This document shows positions 10,044 to 21,049 of a stretch of DNA of 24,000 nucleotides, piece after piece. This stretch comes from Escherichia coli (GTDB taxonomy: Bacteria > Pseudomonadota > Gammaproteobacteria > Enterobacterales > Enterobacteriaceae). The stretch lies in NCBI RefSeq assembly GCF_916098175.1, contig NZ_OU701449.1; one strand, 5' to 3'. The notes beneath the pieces were generated by a model, which was given only the letters and a program-made list of their open reading frames with translations, did not search any database and had not been told where the DNA came from. The translations under genes and the position numbers were made by a program. How positions within the stretch are numbered: the first letter of the stretch is position 1; each line of letters opens with the position of its first letter.

Positions 10044-10762
10044 TTGAATTTAAAAACGTCTCCAAGCATTTTGGTCCAACCCAGGTGCTGCACAATATCG
10101 ATTTGAACATTGCTCAGGGCGAAGTCGTGGTGATTATCGGGCCGTCCGGTTCCGGTAAATCGACCCTGCTGCGCTGCATCAACAAACTGGAAGAAATCAC
10201 TTCCGGCGATCTGATTGTCGATGGCCTGAAGGTTAACGATCCGAAAGTTGACGAGCGCCTGATTCGCCAGGAAGCAGGTATGGTGTTCCAGCAGTTTTAC
10301 CTCTTCCCGCATCTGACGGCGCTGGAAAACGTCATGTTTGGTCCGCTACGCGTGCGTGGCGCGAACAAAGAAGAGGCGGAAAAACTGGCGCGTGAGCTGC
10401 TGGCGAAAGTCGGCCTGGCAGAACGCGCTCACCACTACCCTTCCGAGCTTTCTGGTGGTCAGCAACAGCGTGTGGCGATTGCCCGTGCGCTGGCGGTAAA
10501 ACCGAAAATGATGCTGTTCGATGAACCGACTTCCGCTCTTGACCCGGAACTGCGCCATGAAGTGCTGAAGGTTATGCAGGACCTGGCTGAAGAAGGGATG
10601 ACGATGGTGATCGTGACCCACGAAATCGGTTTTGCCGAGAAAGTAGCTTCGCGCCTGATCTTTATCGACAAAGGCCGGATTGCGGAAGATGGCGATCCGC
10701 AGGTGTTAATCAAGAACCCACCGAGCCAGCGCTTGCAGGAATTTTTGCAGCACGTCTCTTAA
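10040..10762 (+). CDS. glnQ: Glutamine ABC transporter ATP-binding protein GlnQ
   Basis: 240 aa with Walker [13 protein letters not shown] signature [15 protein letters not shown] and Walker [13 protein letters not shown]. Confidence 0.95.
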
Positions 10763-10769
10763 CTTCTCA

Positions 10770-10795
10770 GCCTCCCTTTCCCCCGAAAGGGAGGC
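10770..10795 (+). terminator. Stem-loop after glnQ (probable 3' stabiliser or weak terminator)
   Basis: gcctcccttt-cccccg-aaagggaggc is a 10-bp stem. No T-tract follows, so the terminator assignment is tentative. Confidence 0.4.
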
Positions 10796-10878
10796 ACACC
10801 AGATTCCTCTCATTTAAAATCGCCCCTCCCCCAGCATCTATACTTATCTTTTTGCTCTGTTTTCTCACTGGAGGAGTC

Positions 10879-13104
10879 ATGCGGTGGATCCTGTTCATCC
10901 TCTTCTGCCTGCTGGGCGCACCTGCCCACGCGGTATCCATACCCGGCGTTACAACCACAACGACAACGGACTCAACGACTGAACCGGCCCCGGAACCGGA
11001 TATCGAACAAAAAAAAGCGGCCTATGGCGCACTGGCGGATGTGCTGGATAATGACACCTCGCGTAAAGAGTTGATCGACCAGTTGCGCACCGTCGCCGCG
11101 ACGCCCCCTGCGGAACCCGTACCGAAGATCGTGCCGCCGACGCTGGTTGAAGAGCAAACCGTGCTGCAAAAAGTCACCGAAGTCAGCCGCCATTATGGTG
11201 AAGCCCTTTCCGCCCGCTTCGGACAACTTTATCGCAATATCACCGGCTCCCCGCATAAGCCGTTTAATCCACAAACCTTCAGCAATGCGTTGACCCATTT
11301 TTCAATGTTAGCGGTATTAGTGTTTGGTTTTTACTGGCTGATTCGTCTGTGCGCACTGCCGCTGTATCGCAAAATGGGCCAGTGGGCGCGGCAAAAAAAT
11401 CGCGAACGCAGCAACTGGTTGCAGCTTCCGGCGATGATTATCGGGGCGTTTATTATCGACCTGCTGTTACTGGCACTGACATTATTTGTCGGTCAGGTTT
11501 TAAGCGACAACCTGAATGCGGGCAGTCGCACCATCGCTTTCCAACAAAGTTTGTTTCTCAGCGCCTTTGCCCTGATTGAATTTTTCAAAGCCGTACTACG
11601 CCTGATTTTTTGCCCAAACGTGGCGGAACTGCGCCCGTTCACGATACAGGACGAGAGCGCCCGTTACTGGAGTCGCCGCCTGAGCTGGTTAAGCAGTTTG
11701 ATAGGTTATGGCCTGATTGTGGCCGTGCCGATTATCTCTAATCAGGTGAATGTACAAATTGGCGCGCTGGCGAACGTCATCATTATGCTGTGCATGACCA
11801 TCTGGGCGTTGTACCTGATCTTTCGTAATAAAAAAGAGATTACCCAACATTTGCTCAACTTTGCGGAGCATTCGCTGGCCTTTTTCAGCTTGTTTATCCG
11901 CGCCTTTGCGCTGGTGTGGCACTGGCTGGCAAGCGCCTATTTTATCGTGCTGTTTTTCTTTTCGTTGTTCGATCCGGGCAACAGCCTGAAATTTATGATG
12001 GGTGCAACGGTGCGCAGCCTGGCGATTATTGGTATCGCAGCATTTGTTTCCGGTATGTTTTCCCGCTGGCTGGCAAAAACCATCACCCTCTCGCCACATA
12101 CTCAGCGTAACTATCCAGAACTGCAAAAACGGTTGAATGGCTGGCTGTCGGCGGCGCTGAAAACGGCGCGTATTCTGACAGTCTGCGTGGCGGTAATGTT
12201 GCTGTTGAGCGCATGGGGATTGTTCGATTTCTGGAACTGGCTGCAAAACGGCGCGGGGCAGAAAACTGTAGATATCCTGATCCGTATCGCACTCATTCTT
12301 TTCTTCTCGGCGGTTGGCTGGACAGTGCTCGCCAGTTTGATCGAAAACCGGCTGGCTTCGGATATTCATGGCCGCCCGCTACCCAGCGCCCGTACGCGTA
12401 CCCTGCTGACGCTGTTTCGTAACGCGCTGGCGGTGATTATCAGTACCATCACCATCATGATTGTGTTGTCGGAAATCGGCGTCAATATCGCGCCATTGCT
12501 GGCAGGTGCCGGTGCATTGGGGCTGGCTATCTCTTTTGGTTCGCAAACGCTGGTGAAAGATATTATCACCGGGGTATTTATTCAGTTTGAAAACGGCATG
12601 AACACTGGAGATTTGGTGACTATCGGGCCGTTGACCGGCACTGTGGAACGGATGTCGATTCGCTCCGTGGGCGTGCGTCAGGATACCGGGGCGTATCACA
12701 TCATTCCGTGGTCTTCGATTACCACCTTTGCTAACTTTGTCCGCGGCATTGGTTCGGTAGTGGCAAATTACGATGTTGATCGCCATGAAGATGCTGATAA
12801 AGCCAATCAGGCACTGAAAGATGCGGTAACGGAATTGATGGAAAACGAAGATATTCGCGGGCTGATTATTGGTGAACCGAACTTTGCCGGGATTGTCGGC
12901 TTAAGCAATACCGCGTTTACACTGCGTGTTTCGTTCACCACGCTGCCACTCAAACAGTGGACGGTACGCTTTGCCCTCGACAGCCAGGTGAAAAAACATT
13001 TCGACCTGGCGGGCGTTCGCGCGCCAGTGCAGACTTATCAGGTGCTGCCTGCTCCGGGCGCGACCCCGGCTGCACCGCTGCCGCCGGGGGAGCCAACGCT
13101 TTAA
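10879..13104 (+). CDS. ybiO: MscS-family mechanosensitive channel YbiO
   Basis: 741 aa from ATG 10879 ([18 protein letters not shown]...), with SD ggagga at 10869-10875. It has a signal peptide, a long periplasmic/multi-TM N-terminal region and a C-terminal MscS core ([40 protein letters not shown]). The track start is 9 codons too far upstream. Confidence 0.9.
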   Translation: MRWILFILFCLLGAPAHAVSIPGVTTTTTTDSTTEPAPEPDIEQKKAAYGALADVLDNDTSRKELIDQLRTVAATPPAEPVPKIVPPTLVEEQTVLQKVTEVSRHYGEALSARFGQLYRNITGSPHKPFNPQTFSNALTHFSMLAVLVFGFYWLIRLCALPLYRKMGQWARQKNRERSNWLQLPAMIIGAFIIDLLLLALTLFVGQVLSDNLNAGSRTIAFQQSLFLSAFALIEFFKAVLRLIFCPNVAELRPFTIQDESARYWSRRLSWLSSLIGYGLIVAVPIISNQVNVQIGALANVIIMLCMTIWALYLIFRNKKEITQHLLNFAEHSLAFFSLFIRAFALVWHWLASAYFIVLFFFSLFDPGNSLKFMMGATVRSLAIIGIAAFVSGMFSRWLAKTITLSPHTQRNYPELQKRLNGWLSAALKTARILTVCVAVMLLLSAWGLFDFWNWLQNGAGQKTVDILIRIALILFFSAVGWTVLASLIENRLASDIHGRPLPSARTRTLLTLFRNALAVIISTITIMIVLSEIGVNIAPLLAGAGALGLAISFGSQTLVKDIITGVFIQFENGMNTGDLVTIGPLTGTVERMSIRSVGVRQDTGAYHIIPWSSITTFANFVRGIGSVVANYDVDRHEDADKANQALKDAVTELMENEDIRGLIIGEPNFAGIVGLSNTAFTLRVSFTTLPLKQWTVRFALDSQVKKHFDLAGVRAPVQTYQVLPAPGATPAAPLPPGEPTL

Positions 13105-14027
13105 CGTTGGCGATTAACAAAACGGCGGCGCTGCTCGTCGTTCATAAAGGTCCAGGCAATAAAGCGACTCTGCTTTTGCCCCTGGGCCATCTCTTTTTTA
13201 ACCACCTTCACCGCGCCCACGTCCGTCAGAGCACGATACAACGGCGGTAAGTTTTCACCACGAGATACCAGCGAGGTAAACCACATCACCTGCTTCGCGA
13301 AGCCTTTGCTCTCTTCAATCATCTTTTTGATAAAGGCGACTTCACCGCCTTCACACCACAACTCCTGTTGCTGACCACCAAAGTTCAGTGCATCGTCTTT
13401 GTTCAGCCCCAGGTTACGGCGTTTACGCTCACTACCTGCCCGCGCCGCAGCGGCGGAATCGTGGAATGGCGGGTTACACAAGGTCGCGTCGTATTGCTCG
13501 TTTTTATGGATAATGCCGTTAAAAATCGCCCCACTCTCTTTTTGCCGACGCAGACGAATGGCGCGGTTAAGCCCCGGATTAGCACTGATGATCGCCTGCA
13601 CACTGCTTAACGCCTGGCTGCTGGTTTCACTACCGGTAAAACGCCAGCCATATTCATGTACGCCAATCAGCGGATAAATACAGTTCGCACCAACGCCGAT
13701 ATCCAGAATGCTGGCATTCGCTGGAATTGTTCCGCTTGCTTCGGCCAGTAAATCGGCAAGGTGATGAATATAATCCGCCCGGCCCGGTACTGGTGGGCAG
13801 AGAAAACCGTCCGGGATATCCCAGTTCGCTACGGCGTAAAAATGGGCCAGCAACGCCTTATTGAGCGCCTTCACCGCCAGCGGATTGGCAAAGTCTACGC
13901 TTTGCTCCCCGGCGGGTGTAAGCGTGAGGAATTGCCTGAGTTCAGGATTGACCTGACAAAGCGTGGCGAGATCGTAGCGGCTGTGATGACGGTTGCGCGG
14001 ATGCAACCCCGGTTTCTGGGCGGACAT
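13101..14027 (-). CDS. rlmF: 23S rRNA m6A1618 methyltransferase RlmF (YbiN)
   Basis: 308 aa from ATG 14027 ([15 protein letters not shown]...), with SD aaggaga. It has a SAM-binding segment [13 protein letters not shown] and an N6-adenine MTase motif NPPF (CNPPFH). The track ORF adds 30 unsupported upstream codons. Confidence 0.9.
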   Translation of the reverse strand: MSAQKPGLHPRNRHHSRYDLATLCQVNPELRQFLTLTPAGEQSVDFANPLAVKALNKALLAHFYAVANWDIPDGFLCPPVPGRADYIHHLADLLAEASGTIPANASILDIGVGANCIYPLIGVHEYGWRFTGSETSSQALSSVQAIISANPGLNRAIRLRRQKESGAIFNGIIHKNEQYDATLCNPPFHDSAAAARAGSERKRRNLGLNKDDALNFGGQQQELWCEGGEVAFIKKMIEESKGFAKQVMWFTSLVSRGENLPPLYRALTDVGAVKVVKKEMAQGQKQSRFIAWTFMNDEQRRRFVNRQR

Positions 14028-14302
14028 AGCATTCTCCTTTAAGCAGCGGCGTAAGATACCCGCATAACGCGACAGGGTAAATATCTGGCTGCGTTTATCA
14101 TTTCTAAAAACCTTCACATGGCTATGGTTTATGGCAATTCACCATAAAAATCATCATCATGCATGTTATTGATTTGTCTTATTTTGTAAAAATATATCGT
14201 TCAAAAAATAAGCGCATCTCTGTCAATTTTTTGCGTCATTTTCATCGCGCAGGCGACCTACACTTATCTGGCACTACCCGTTGTATTTATGAGGATGTCA
14301 TT

Positions 14303-14563
14303 ATGAAAAAGTGCCTCACACTACTGATTGCCACCGTCCTGAGCGGAATCTCTCTCACGGCTTATGCCGCGCAACCGATGAGTAACCTGGACAGCGGTCA
14401 GCTACGGCCCGCCGGTACCGTTTCGGCAACTGGCGCATCAAACCTAAGCGATCTGGAGGATAAACTGGCAGAAAAAGCGCGCGAGCAAGGCGCGAAAGGT
14501 TATGTCATTAATTCCGCAGGCGGAAATGACCAGATGTTCGGTACTGCAACCATCTACAAATAA
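14303..14563 (+). CDS. mcbA: Periplasmic DUF1471 (YhcN-family) protein McbA/YbiM, biofilm/colanic-acid related
   Basis: 86 aa from ATG 14303 (MKKCLTLLIATVLSGISLTAYA...), with SD gaggatg. It has a signal peptide and the family-typical C-terminus GTATIYK. The track ORF adds 48 unsupported upstream codons. Confidence 0.9.
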   Translation: MKKCLTLLIATVLSGISLTAYAAQPMSNLDSGQLRPAGTVSATGASNLSDLEDKLAEKAREQGAKGYVINSAGGNDQMFGTATIYK

Positions 14564-14575
14564 CCCCACCAACGT

Positions 14576-14605
14576 AACTGCATTCGCCTCTGGATGCAGT
14601 TTTCG
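14576..14605 (+). terminator. mcbA intrinsic terminator
   Basis: aactgcat (14576-14583) pairs with atgcagtt (14594-14601), running into a tttt tract. Confidence 0.6.
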
Positions 14606-14694
14606 CCTGTTTTGTAATCAAAAAACATCAAATATGAACGCAATGTAAATAAATGTATTTCTTTTTCGCGCAATGGGTGATAGAAAATCGCGCC

Positions 14695-14724
14695 AAGTGA
14701 TAATGCTTATCAAAATTATTATCA
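14695..14724. promoter_or_regulatory. Fur box(es) in the fiu promoter
   Basis: agtGATAATGCTTATCAAAATTATTATCact has two overlapping matches to GATAATGATAATCATTATC. It is framed by the inverted repeat agtgataat/attatcact, ~105 bp upstream of the fiu ATG. Confidence 0.8.
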
Positions 14725-14827
14725 CTTGCACGAACACTATCACGAGATTAACAGTGGCATCGCATCCGCAGAGAGGCTTTCTCGTGGCAGTGAAAATTTC
14801 AACATATAAGAAAAAGTCACCTGCAAA

Positions 14828-17110
14828 ATGGAAAACAATCGCAATTTCCCTGCCAGACAATTTCATTCGCTCACGTTCTTTGCCGGTCTTTGTATTGGTA
14901 TTACGCCTGTGGCACAGGCACTCGCCGCCGAAGGGCAAGCTAACGCGGATGACACGCTGGTTGTCGAAGCATCAACGCCTTCGCTTTATGCGCCACAACA
15001 ATCTGCAGATCCGAAATTCTCGCGTCCGGTAGCGAATACTACCCGCACGATGACGGTGATTTCTGAACAAGTGATTAAAGATCAGGGCGCAACCAACCTT
15101 ACCGACGCACTCAAAAACGTCCCCGGCGTGGGTGCGTTTTTTGCGGGTGAGAACGGTAACTCCACCACTGGCGACGCCATTTATATGCGCGGTGCTGATA
15201 CCTCTAACAGTATTTATATTGATGGCATTCGCGATATCGGCAGCGTCTCGCGCGACACCTTCAATACCGAGCAGGTCGAAGTGATTAAAGGGCCGTCCGG
15301 CACCGACTACGGGCGCAGCGCACCGACAGGCTCGATCAATATGATCAGCAAGCAGCCGCGCAATGATTCCGGCATTGACGCCTCCGCCAGTATTGGTAGC
15401 GCCTGGTTCCGCCGCGGCACGCTGGACGTCAATCAGGTCATTGGTGATACCACCGCGGCGCGCCTGAATGTGATGGGCGAAAAAACGCACGATGCCGGAC
15501 GCGACAAAGTCAAAAATGAGCGTTACGGCATCGCCCCTTCTGTCGCTTTTGGCCTTGGTACAGCGAATCGTTTGTATCTTAATTATCTGCATGTCACCCA
15601 GCACAACACGCCAGACGGCGGCATTCCGACCATCGGTTTGCCGGGCTATTCTGCCCCATCTGCGGGAACGGCGGCCCTGAATCATTCCGGAAAAGTTGAT
15701 ACGCATAACTTTTACGGCACGGATTCCGATTACGACGATTCGACCACCGACACCGCTACCATGCGTTTTGAGCACGACATCAACGATAACACCACCATTC
15801 GCAATACTACCCGTTGGTCGCGCGTGAAGCAGGATTACCTGATGACGGCGATTATGGGTGGGGCGTCGAATATTACCCAGCCCACCAGCGATGTGAATAG
15901 CTGGACCTGGTCACGCACGGCGAATACTAAAGATGTGAGTAATAAAATTCTCACCAACCAGACCAACCTGACCTCGACGTTCTATACCGCTTCTATCGGT
16001 CATGATGTCAGTACCGGCGTGGAATTTACCCGTGAAACGCAGACTAACTACGGCGTTAATCCGGTGACGTTACCTGCGGTAAATATTTATCATCCTGACA
16101 GCAGCATTCATCCCGGCGGCCTGACGCGCAACGGCGCAAACGCCAATGGTCAGACGGATACCTTCGCAATTTACGCCTTCGATACGCTGCAAATCACCCG
16201 TGATTTTGAGCTGAACGGCGGGATCCGTCTGGATAATTATCATACTGAATATGACAGTGCCACCGCCTGCGGCGGCAGCGGACGCGGTGCCATCACCTGC
16301 CCAGCTGGTGTGGCAAAAGGTTCTCCGGTCACCACCGTCGACACCGCCAAGTCGGGCAATCTGGTGAACTGGAAAGCCGGGGCGCTGTATCACCTGACGG
16401 AAAACGGTAATGTCTATATTAACTATGCCGTTTCCCAGCAGCCTCCGGGCGGCAACAACTTCGCCCTTGCGCAGTCTGGCAGCGGTAACAGTGCCAACCG
16501 CACCGATTTTAAACCGCAAAAAGCCAACACCAGCGAGATTGGCACCAAATGGCAGGTTCTGGATAAACGCCTGTTGCTCACCGCCGCGCTGTTCCGTACT
16601 GATATCGAAAATGAAGTTGAGCAAAATGATGACGGAACTTACTCGCAATACGGTAAGAAACGCGTCGAAGGCTATGAGATATCCGTGGCCGGGAATATCA
16701 CTCCCGCGTGGCAGGTGATTGGCGGCTATACCCAGCAAAAAGCAACCATCAAAAACGGCAAAGATGTTGCCCAGGATGGTTCCTCATCGCTGCCGTATAC
16801 CCCGGAGCACGCCTTTACCTTATGGAGCCAGTATCAGGCAACCGATGATATTTCCGTTGGTGCGGGCGCACGCTATATCGGCAGTATGCATAAAGGTTCT
16901 GACGGCGCGGTGGGAACGCCAGCGTTTACCGAAGGTTATTGGGTCGCCGACGCTAAACTGGGGTATCGGGTTAATCGCAATCTCGACTTCCAGCTAAACG
17001 TCTACAACCTGTTTGATACCGATTACGTCGCCTCAATCAACAAGAGCGGCTACCGTTATCACCCGGGCGAGCCAAGAACCTTCTTGCTCACGGCCAATAT
17101 GCATTTCTGA
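14828..17110 (+). CDS. fiu: TonB-dependent outer-membrane receptor Fiu (catecholate siderophore / DHBS uptake)
   Basis: 760 aa with a signal peptide, a TonB box DDTLVVEA, a plug domain plus 22-strand barrel, and a terminal ...TANMHF. It is preceded by the Fur box. Confidence 0.95.
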   Translation: MENNRNFPARQFHSLTFFAGLCIGITPVAQALAAEGQANADDTLVVEASTPSLYAPQQSADPKFSRPVANTTRTMTVISEQVIKDQGATNLTDALKNVPGVGAFFAGENGNSTTGDAIYMRGADTSNSIYIDGIRDIGSVSRDTFNTEQVEVIKGPSGTDYGRSAPTGSINMISKQPRNDSGIDASASIGSAWFRRGTLDVNQVIGDTTAARLNVMGEKTHDAGRDKVKNERYGIAPSVAFGLGTANRLYLNYLHVTQHNTPDGGIPTIGLPGYSAPSAGTAALNHSGKVDTHNFYGTDSDYDDSTTDTATMRFEHDINDNTTIRNTTRWSRVKQDYLMTAIMGGASNITQPTSDVNSWTWSRTANTKDVSNKILTNQTNLTSTFYTASIGHDVSTGVEFTRETQTNYGVNPVTLPAVNIYHPDSSIHPGGLTRNGANANGQTDTFAIYAFDTLQITRDFELNGGIRLDNYHTEYDSATACGGSGRGAITCPAGVAKGSPVTTVDTAKSGNLVNWKAGALYHLTENGNVYINYAVSQQPPGGNNFALAQSGSGNSANRTDFKPQKANTSEIGTKWQVLDKRLLLTAALFRTDIENEVEQNDDGTYSQYGKKRVEGYEISVAGNITPAWQVIGGYTQQKATIKNGKDVAQDGSSSLPYTPEHAFTLWSQYQATDDISVGAGARYIGSMHKGSDGAVGTPAFTEGYWVADAKLGYRVNRNLDFQLNVYNLFDTDYVASINKSGYRYHPGEPRTFLLTANMHF

Positions 17111-17117
17111 TTCAGAT

Positions 17118-17140
17118 GTGGGGCGCAGGCCCCACTTTTT
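17118..17140 (+). terminator. Intercistronic intrinsic terminator/attenuator between fiu and ybiX
   Basis: gtggggc-gcag-gccccac is a 7-bp GC stem (17118-17135) followed by T5 (17136-17140). It ends immediately before the ybiX SD ggaga (17141-17145). Confidence 0.7.
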
Positions 17141-17151
17141 GGAGAACTTGT

Positions 17152-17829
17152 ATGATGTACCACATTCCCGGCGTGCTATCGCCAAAGGACGTCGCCCGTT
17201 TTCGCGAACAACTGGAACAAGCCGAATGGGTGGATGGACGCGTCACCACCGGCGCACAAGGTGCGCAAGTTAAGAACAATCAACAGGTAGACACCCGCAG
17301 CACGTTATACGCCGCCCTGCAAAATGAGGTGCTGAACGCGGTTAACCAACATGCTTTGTTCTTTGCCGCGGCCTTGCCGCGTACCCTTTCCACGCCGCTG
17401 TTTAATCGCTATCAGAACAATGAAACTTATGGTTTTCATGTGGATGGCGCAGTACGCAGTCACCCACAAAACGGCTGGATGCGCACTGACCTTTCTGCCA
17501 CGCTGTTTTTAAGCGATCCACAAAGCTACGATGGCGGCGAACTGGTCGTTAATGACACCTTCGGGCAACATCGGGTAAAACTTCCGGCAGGCGATCTGGT
17601 GTTGTATCCCTCCAGCAGCTTGCATTGCGTGACACCCGTAACCCGCGGCGTACGAGTGGCATCATTTATGTGGATCCAGTCGATGATCCGTGATGATAAA
17701 AAGCGCGCCATGCTGTTTGAACTGGACAACAATATTCAGTCGCTGAAAAGCCGCTACGGCGAAAGTGAAGAGATCCTGTCGCTGCTCAATCTTTATCATA
17801 ATCTGCTGCGGGAATGGTCGGAGATCTGA
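17152..17829 (+). CDS. ybiX: PKHD-type Fe(II)/2-oxoglutarate-dependent hydroxylase YbiX; substrate unknown
   Basis: 225 aa from ATG 17152 ([11 protein letters not shown]...). It carries the 2-His-1-carboxylate facial triad HVD (GFHVDGA) plus a distal H ([15 protein letters not shown]). The track start is 12 codons upstream at a GTG. Confidence 0.9.
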   Translation: MMYHIPGVLSPKDVARFREQLEQAEWVDGRVTTGAQGAQVKNNQQVDTRSTLYAALQNEVLNAVNQHALFFAAALPRTLSTPLFNRYQNNETYGFHVDGAVRSHPQNGWMRTDLSATLFLSDPQSYDGGELVVNDTFGQHRVKLPAGDLVLYPSSSLHCVTPVTRGVRVASFMWIQSMIRDDKKRAMLFELDNNIQSLKSRYGESEEILSLLNLYHNLLREWSEI

Positions 17830-17902
17830 CGCTTGAACTGCCCGAGTTCGTCCCTATATTAGCTACACTTAACTGTACAAGTATTGATATGGGGAGGACG
17901 AT

Positions 17903-18169
17903 ATGGCATCCGGTTGGGCTAACGATGACGCCGTCAACGAACAGATCAACAGTACAATTGAAGATGCGATTGCCCGCGCTCGGGGTGAAATTCCGCGTGG
18001 CGAAAGCCTGTATGAATGTGAAGAGTGCGGAGCCCCCATCCCGCAAGCCCGTCGGGAAGCCATTCCTGGTGTGCGCTTATGCATTCATTGTCAGCAGGAG
18101 AAAGATTTACAAAAACCAGCTTATACAGGATATAATCGCAGAGGTTCGAAAGACAGCCAGTTACGTTAA
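17903..18169 (+). CDS. ybiI: DksA/TraR-family C4 zinc-finger protein YbiI
   Basis: 88 aa with SD ggaggac at 17893-17899. The zinc finger CEEC-N17-CIHC (YECEECGAPIPQARREAIPGVRLCIHC) is typical of the DksA/TraR C-terminal finger. Confidence 0.9.
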   Translation: MASGWANDDAVNEQINSTIEDAIARARGEIPRGESLYECEECGAPIPQARREAIPGVRLCIHCQQEKDLQKPAYTGYNRRGSKDSQLR

Positions 18170-18433
18170 CTACAACTGGCGGGATGTATAGCGAGTATAA
18201 TTTGTATTTTGCGTGGCATTCCGTGCCTTTAACGCTGTCGTGACTGCCACGCTGCATAAAACAAGTCCATAAGTTCAACAAATAAATGGATTATCAGTAT
18301 GTTAGATATCAATCAATTTATTTGAACAAGGCGGTCAATTCTCTTCGATTTTATCTCTCGAAAAAAAACGTGATACTCATCACATCGACGAAACAACGTC
18401 ACTTATACAAAAATCACCTGCGAGAGATTAATT

Positions 18434-18694
18434 ATGAAAACTATCAATACTGTTGTTGCTGCTATGGCTCTTTCAACTCTGTCATTTGGCGTGTTTGCCG
18501 CGGAACCGGTAACGGCATCCCAGGCACAGAACATGAATAAAATCGGCGTGGTTTCTGCCGATGGCGCATCCACCCTCGATGCCCTGGAAGCGAAACTGGC
18601 TGAGAAAGCTGCGGCAGCTGGGGCGAGTGGATACAGCATCACTTCTGCCACCAACAACAATAAATTAAGCGGTACTGCGGTAATTTATAAGTAA
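18434..18694 (+). CDS. ybiJ: Periplasmic DUF1471 (YhcN-family) protein YbiJ
   Basis: 86 aa with signal peptide MKTINTVVAAMALSTLSFGVFA and C-terminus GTAVIYK. It is a paralogue of mcbA. Confidence 0.9.
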   Translation: MKTINTVVAAMALSTLSFGVFAAEPVTASQAQNMNKIGVVSADGASTLDALEAKLAEKAAAAGASGYSITSATNNNKLSGTAVIYK

Positions 18695-18699
18695 TTCGT

Positions 18700-18733
18700 A
18701 AGCCGGATCAGGCGTTTACGCTACGTCCAGCAC
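18700..18733. repeat. Degenerate REP-like element
   Basis: aGCCGGATcaGGCGTttACGCtacgtccagcac resembles the left arm and centre of the REP consensus GCCGGATGCGGCGTGAACGCCTTATCCGGCCTAC. The right arm is decayed. Confidence 0.35.
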
Positions 18734-18805
18734 AAGTATTTCCCTGTCTGTTTGCCGACAGACGCATATGCTCTAACCCTCATTGATCCTATGTTACCCT
18801 TGTTT

Positions 18806-18833
18806 GCCCGTCCGCCACTGGACGGGCTTTTTT

Positions 18834-18835
<2 letters not shown>
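18806..18835 (+). terminator. Intrinsic terminator for ybiJ; it abuts and overlaps the 3' end of convergent hcxB
   Basis: gcccgtcc (18806-18813) pairs with ggacgggc (18820-18827), followed by T8 (18828-18835). Confidence 0.75.
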
Positions 18836-20011
<1,176 letters not shown>

Positions 20012-20012
20012 T

Positions 20013-20054
<42 letters not shown>

Positions 20055-20059
20055 GAAAA

Positions 20060-21022
<963 letters not shown>

Positions 21023-21049
21023 TTACGACTCCTTACCTGACTCACATCA

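Noticed and set aside
10930-10990. Run of ACN codons ([10 protein letters not shown]) near the ybiO 5' end that looks like a short tandem repeat
   Set aside because: It is in frame within YbiO just after the signal peptide. It is a low-complexity Thr-rich linker, not a repeat element or slippage-prone homopolymer, because the codons are mixed (aca/acc/acg).
11689-12369. Long antisense ORFs inside large genes (226 aa in ybiO here; also 14972..15775 and 16070..16738 in fiu, 19149..19781 in hcxB, 20411..20965 in ybiB, and several in dinG)
   Set aside because: Each is fully nested opposite a well-supported gene with matching family motifs. The products are Arg/His/Gln-rich with no recognisable domains. 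These are the expected frame -1/-2 shadows of GC-balanced coding sequence.
18212-18252. Inverted repeat gcgtggca ... tgccacgc downstream of ybiI
   Set aside because: The 8-bp arms are separated by 25 nt and no T-tract follows. It could be a weak ybiI 3' structure, but the evidence is insufficient for a terminator or riboswitch call.
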